This document shows positions 55,095 to 64,000 of a DNA stretch of 64,000 nt, one piece after another. The stretch is from contig OZ037767.1 in assembly GCA_964035545.1 (NCBI GenBank), positions 19,918,628 through 19,982,627 of the forward strand, given 5' to 3'. The stretch's first letter is position 1. The number at the start of each line of letters is the position of its first letter. This DNA comes from Bugula neritina. Lineage: Eukaryota > Animalia > Bryozoa. The notes under the pieces are model-generated. The model did not search any database. It was not told the DNA's origin and was given only the letters and a program-made list of their open reading frames with translations. Made by a program: the position numbers and the translations under genes.

Positions 55095-58000
55095 CTTACA
55101 TTTGTGAAGTCTTGGTTTCTTTATTAATTACTTCTACAACCTCCATTTTAAGTCTGCAAAACAAAGGATATGTAAACATACACTACGGTGTTATATGTGT
55201 TATGGTTAATGATATTAATTCATTGTAAGGTTACCCGCTATGCACTGTATTCAATTTTGATTCTTTGCAGTGCTATGGTGTCTATAAAAAAAGTTTTGTA
55301 ATGAAATATTTTATTGAAAGTCTGAATAAAAGCATTGGTTTCATAAGTTCTACACCGGTACAATTAATATTTTGTTTTAATTTGAAGTTATTATATGTAC
55401 AGCTGTGCCGTCAATGTAAATCGTTGAAATGTCTGGAGTTTGGATGCAGATTATAGGAGAGCATAATTCCATAGTTTCAGTGACTAAACTCGAACTGCAA
55501 GCAAACAAAAATTGTTTTTCAAACCCATTACAATATGCTTCAGTAAGTGTAAACACAAGTGAGTTGCTGTTGTTTACAGAATATGCTGACCTTTACATGA
55601 ATAAAGGAAGGCAGGCAGCATATCAATCATCTAGAAGAGCTGTCAAACCACCTGCTTCCTTTGAGTCACATGGAAGACATCACAGAGGCACAAATGGAGT
55701 TAATTATTAAACAAACACAGCAGTTCTAATTTAGCTTTTAACTGTAGTTAATGTAGTATATTGGTTAAGGAGTTTTATTAGTGAAGTTTATTTTGTATAA
55801 AATAAACTATACATTGGTCACTAGACAGATACTACAGATGTGCTTGTACTTGTACTTTGATAATTTGAAATATTATCTAGAAAACTATCCAATTGCAGAA
55901 GCTATACAGCACACATATTTTTAAAAAAAAGTTTAATCAATTTGTCAGAATCAACACTTATAGTTTAGCTCTTACTATAAATTCTACACAGTAACTAAAT
56001 ATATGACTTATCATTTAGCATATTTTTGTGATTTATGAAGCATGAGAAGAGTATAATTATGAACAAGTCTAGTTATATCTGAAACAAACTGGTCAACACT
56101 GATAGCTATAAGCAATGTCTATACAAAAGTATTTAGTATGTCACTAAATAGACTCCCACTGGAAGGCTATAGAGTCTAGACGTATTATGAGAACTATTAC
56201 GAATAGTAGAGCAGATAGGTGATATATAAACCTCCTTCTGCATGTAATTCACAGACTTAATTACATGTGTTAATCTAATAGAAATTCTATCGAAATCAAA
56301 TCTTTCTTATTAAAAGTGAGAAGAAATTGTAAGCTAATTCAATCAGCAAAGTAGTTAAATAGTTTATAGTAAAGGAGTGTTCACTAGGAGAGAAACCATT
56401 CAAGAACCGATTTGTTTCTCACCAAGTTATTAGAGTTGCAAGTAACACAAAGTGATTTCAAATGTTCCAATTAGGAGATGCTTACTTTGGGTTGTTCTCT
56501 TCTGACCTCCAAGGAGTCCATGAAAATTGAATTGAAAAGCCATCACCCCTAACTGACCAACTAAATTCACAAATGGATGCTGCTATAATTCTCAATTACA
56601 TAATTACAGTGCACTAGTGCTTAGAATTGCAGGGAAATTGTAATTAGGTACATAGTGTTAGCTGTTAGGCCTAAGCACTTAATTTGAGATTGCAACATCA
56701 TGAGTCATTTGAACATAACTATAGACTAGTTATTACAAAACTTAAATTTAGCTAAAAATAGCATCTGTTCTCATAAGCGCTGAATAATAATATAAAATTA
56801 AAGACTGCTGCCACATATCTTCTTATATACTTTATTCTGATAAACCATGTTATGCAACTTACCGCAGCTTCTTTTTTAAAAAGATGCGTTCTGCAGCTAA
56901 AGCTAAGGTTCTCCATTGATCTCTATTCTAGGTATGTGTCATTTGCTGATGGCGTTAAAGTACACAGGAGTAGAGATAGTGTGATTTTACAAGTCGTGTG
57001 TTTAATCATCTTCTGCTCTTCACGCATATGTAAGTTTTCTAGCCTTTAGCTTCAACTACACAAGCGTGTGTATTCATTATTGATTAACTGTGAGCATGTT
57101 ATGAGAAACATACATGAAGTATGCGGGCACAACACTATAAACCCTCCCACTATCTTCAGTAAGGGAAAGAACTCTTAGTCTATATTGATTAATAAGTGAG
57201 TTGTGTTTTATTGTCTGGCAGATGCTAATGTTTTCATAACTCCTTCTTCCAAATGAAATCTGATCACATGTCTAATGCTCTCTATTGATTGGCTGGTTTC
57301 AACGCAAAGTGCTGCTTAGTTACTTCAGCCATCAACTCCCAAAACTTGTATGTTTTGTAGAACTTCCTTCAGCTAACAGAACCCACTTAACAGTTACTTT
57401 TCACACGGATAGACCGCCCATTAACCCGCCCATTAACCAATTATGTTTGGCAAAAGGAGAAGAGACTGATAGTAACTGGTCCATGTCCAAACTGATCCTG
57501 TGCATACAGAGAAAACAGGATGTGCATGTTTAGTGGTCTAAAGACCGACTCTCCTAACAACAAAACAAACACTTGATTACTACTCAACAAAGTTTCCTTG
57601 CAGATTTATAAAATAACAGAATTCACAAACAGAATTAATAAAAGAAAAAACTGCATCAACATTATATTGAAATCTATCTAAAAATTATAGGTAGTAACAG
57701 CATAAACAGCATAAAATATGACACATTAAAAAGTTTATTTTTAACATGAATAATTTGCATCAACGAACTGATGTTCAACACATCTGCAGCTCATTGTTTA
57801 GAGCAGCCAAAAATAATTAGTGATAGGCCAGTCAGCTCCAGCTCAAGTAACGTACCAACTGCCAGAAACAGCAGCACTTTGCCAAGAGATCACAACTCTT
57901 AATATTGTTGTCATATTTTATTCCGCAAAGTCTAAACTCTAATGCACGAGTTACGACGGTATAGATCTATGGGACTAACACCTGAAAGAGACTACTAAGC

Positions 58001-59007
58001 AAGCTATGCTGTCATATACAGCATGTACTAGTATATTTTATGTTGTTATCCTATTTTACTTTATAGCTATACTATACTATACTATGCTATACTATTATTG
58101 TAGTTTAATGGCGTAACTTTGCAATATGTCAGCATATATTACGATAGCCTACATTTGTTAAAGAATTTAACATTTATGCAACATTAACATATGTTTAGGC
58201 CTTGGTATTATACTTGACTATTAGTTATTGGTAACTTTCATTGCTCTTCCTCTGGACTAAATTTTAGTTTTCCCAACTTTGCAGACATATAATAGCTGTC
58301 CCTAATTTTATTTAATATCTGACTAATAGAAACCCTGTGAACAGAGGACAGTCTATATGAGAGAGCTAAGGCTGGAAGTCAGTGCTGGCCTCATCTGAAG
58401 CAGCCAATTGAAATTCAAGAGAAACAAAATAATGGTTGCTTAATGAGGTATTAGCATATGAACAAAAAGCTAGGTACAATTATCAAACAACACCTAAATT
58501 ACCTGATGATGTCATAGTTTTCATGGAGGAAAAGATTTTGCTGCTGTTTTAGATTGAGCTGATATGTTTACAAATGCCACCATCACAGAGAAATTATACA
58601 AAGTCAAAGAAATATTACAAAGACTGTCTTATTTGCAAAATTTATTAAAAAGCAGTGTTTGTAAAAGGTTTACAACTTGTTTATCAAAACCAGAAATTCA
58701 TGAATATAATCAACATTCTTTGGTTGCATTAGTTTAAGAGTAAAATCAGTGAGAAAATTGTAAACTTGTATATGCATTAGTTAAGGATTGGTGAACCTGA
58801 TATATACAATATCTTGCAGCATTGTTTTTGTATCACAAATAAATAAATCAGGTGCTGTATTTTGTTACTAAAGTTGAAAAAGATAAAACTAAAAATTGTC
58901 TAAATAATGTACAATCATACGTGCACATAATACATACTGTAAAACAAAAAATACAATCCACAATAATTGAATTATTTTGCGATTGGCCAATCCGGAGTCT
59001 GCAGAGT

Positions 59008-62746
<3,739 letters not shown>

Positions 62747-62869
62747 GGTAACTCTGTTCAAACAAAATTGTGGACATGTTATGATTTTATCAATATTAAC
62801 ATTGTGATAGAACTTTTAGCTAAAAAATTACATAAAATTCTTTGAGTCAGAAAATGCTAATAGTGCTAT

Positions 62870-62994
62870 AGTAATAGTGGTAGGAGTGGTGGTGATAGTA
62901 GCACTACTAGTACTACTAGTAGTAGTAGTACTACTACTACTAGTAGTAGTAGTAGCAGGAGAAGCAGCAGCAGCAGTAGTAGTACTGTAGTACT

Positions 62995-63036
<42 letters not shown>

Positions 63037-63140
63037 TAGTAGTACTGTAGTAGTAGTCGTAGTAGTACTAGTAGTAGTACTGCAGTAGTAGTAGTAGTAG
63101 TAGTAGTAGTAATAGCAGTAGTAGTAGTAGTAATACTGAT
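62870..63140. repeat. (TAG)n imperfect microsatellite
   Basis: Visible AGT/TAG repeats. Confidence 0.95.
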
Positions 63141-64000
63141 AAGTGATAATAGTTCAGTAGTACTAACTGAGTGATTGAGTGATACTAGTAGTAGTTGAGA
63201 CTTGAGCAGTACTAATAGTAACAGAGTGGATGTGGTTAAGTATGAACACTTCAGTTAGTCAACTCCTCTGGTAGTAATACTCTAACAGTAACACTAATAG
63301 TAATACTAATAAGTAATAATAATTGATTACTCCGGCTGGCTGACACAAGCGAGGTAAACTGCACACTCCTGATAGGGATAAAGTAATTGTGAAATTTTAG
63401 AGAGCCTGTGCTTATAAATGTTGATTAGAGTGGCTGATATGAAGCTATATATAGTTTATCTATAAGCTACTGGGAATGCGAAAAAATAGCTGCATCATGC
63501 ATGCCTTTTGTTCCTCAATAATAACCATAGCCGTCGATCCTACCAGTAGAATTCCTGCAAAATAAGAGGGTATTTGTTACGCCACTCTCTGCACGCTACC
63601 TTCAGATGAATTGGCATTGAAAATTAATTATCTCGCCGATAAGCATTAAAAGGCTAGAAGTTATCCGGTCAAAAGGCGCTGTAAAACATGACGTAAGCAA
63701 ATTCTTTTGAAGTTACCAATTAGTTTATTATCGTTGCCCTTAATGTCTCTAAGAGGCATCTAGTTATTATTAACCAAAAGCAGTGTCAAACAAATTGAGT
63801 ATAAGGCATAAGCTACATATAACTTGGACTCTCAAAGTTCTTTGCAGTATAACATGAAGATTTCAAGTCTGAATAGCAAATCAGTGCTTTATAGAAGATA
63901 ATTGCTCACAAGTTTTAACCCAAATCAGAGTTCAATGATCGAATCAGACTGCTGGAAATTTAGTCACCAATAGAATTGTTCCTTCAGCCTGACCAAAATG

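Noticed and set aside
63515-63554. Possible terminal exon (NSTGRIDGYGYY*) of an upstream minus-strand gene
   Set aside because: Too short to support without sequence beyond the window.

Overview
AT-rich, intron-containing animal (invertebrate-type) genomic DNA. From left to right: (1) a nearly full-length Ty3/Gypsy LTR retrotransposon (1-7325) with a tRNA-Leu PBS, a -1 frameshift signal, two single-base frameshifts in pol, and a spliced non-Env third ORF with a zinc finger and coiled coil; (2) two tandem Bcl-2-family genes (minus strand), head-to-head with a secreted BRICHOS-like gene (plus strand); (3) several MITEs and a SINE, an RS-rich tail-anchored ORF and a partial unknown gene; (4) a duplicated 1.3 kb promoter/first-exon block that is rich in hairpins; (5) an ~11 kb non-coding, 5'TOP-like snoRNA host gene (minus strand) with about 26 amplified intronic box C/D snoRNAs (13 snR69-like, 5 SNORD29-like, 8 SNORD38-like), starting within ~200 bp of the RPL5 poly(A) signal; (6) RPL5, with a structured element in intron 1; (7) a degenerate synaptotagmin-like gene; (8) an intron-containing glutathionyl-hydroquinone reductase (GST Xi/ECM4/YqjG-like) gene. 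Exon structures were read by hand from splice signals and frame continuity. Homology calls come from remembered motifs, not database searches.
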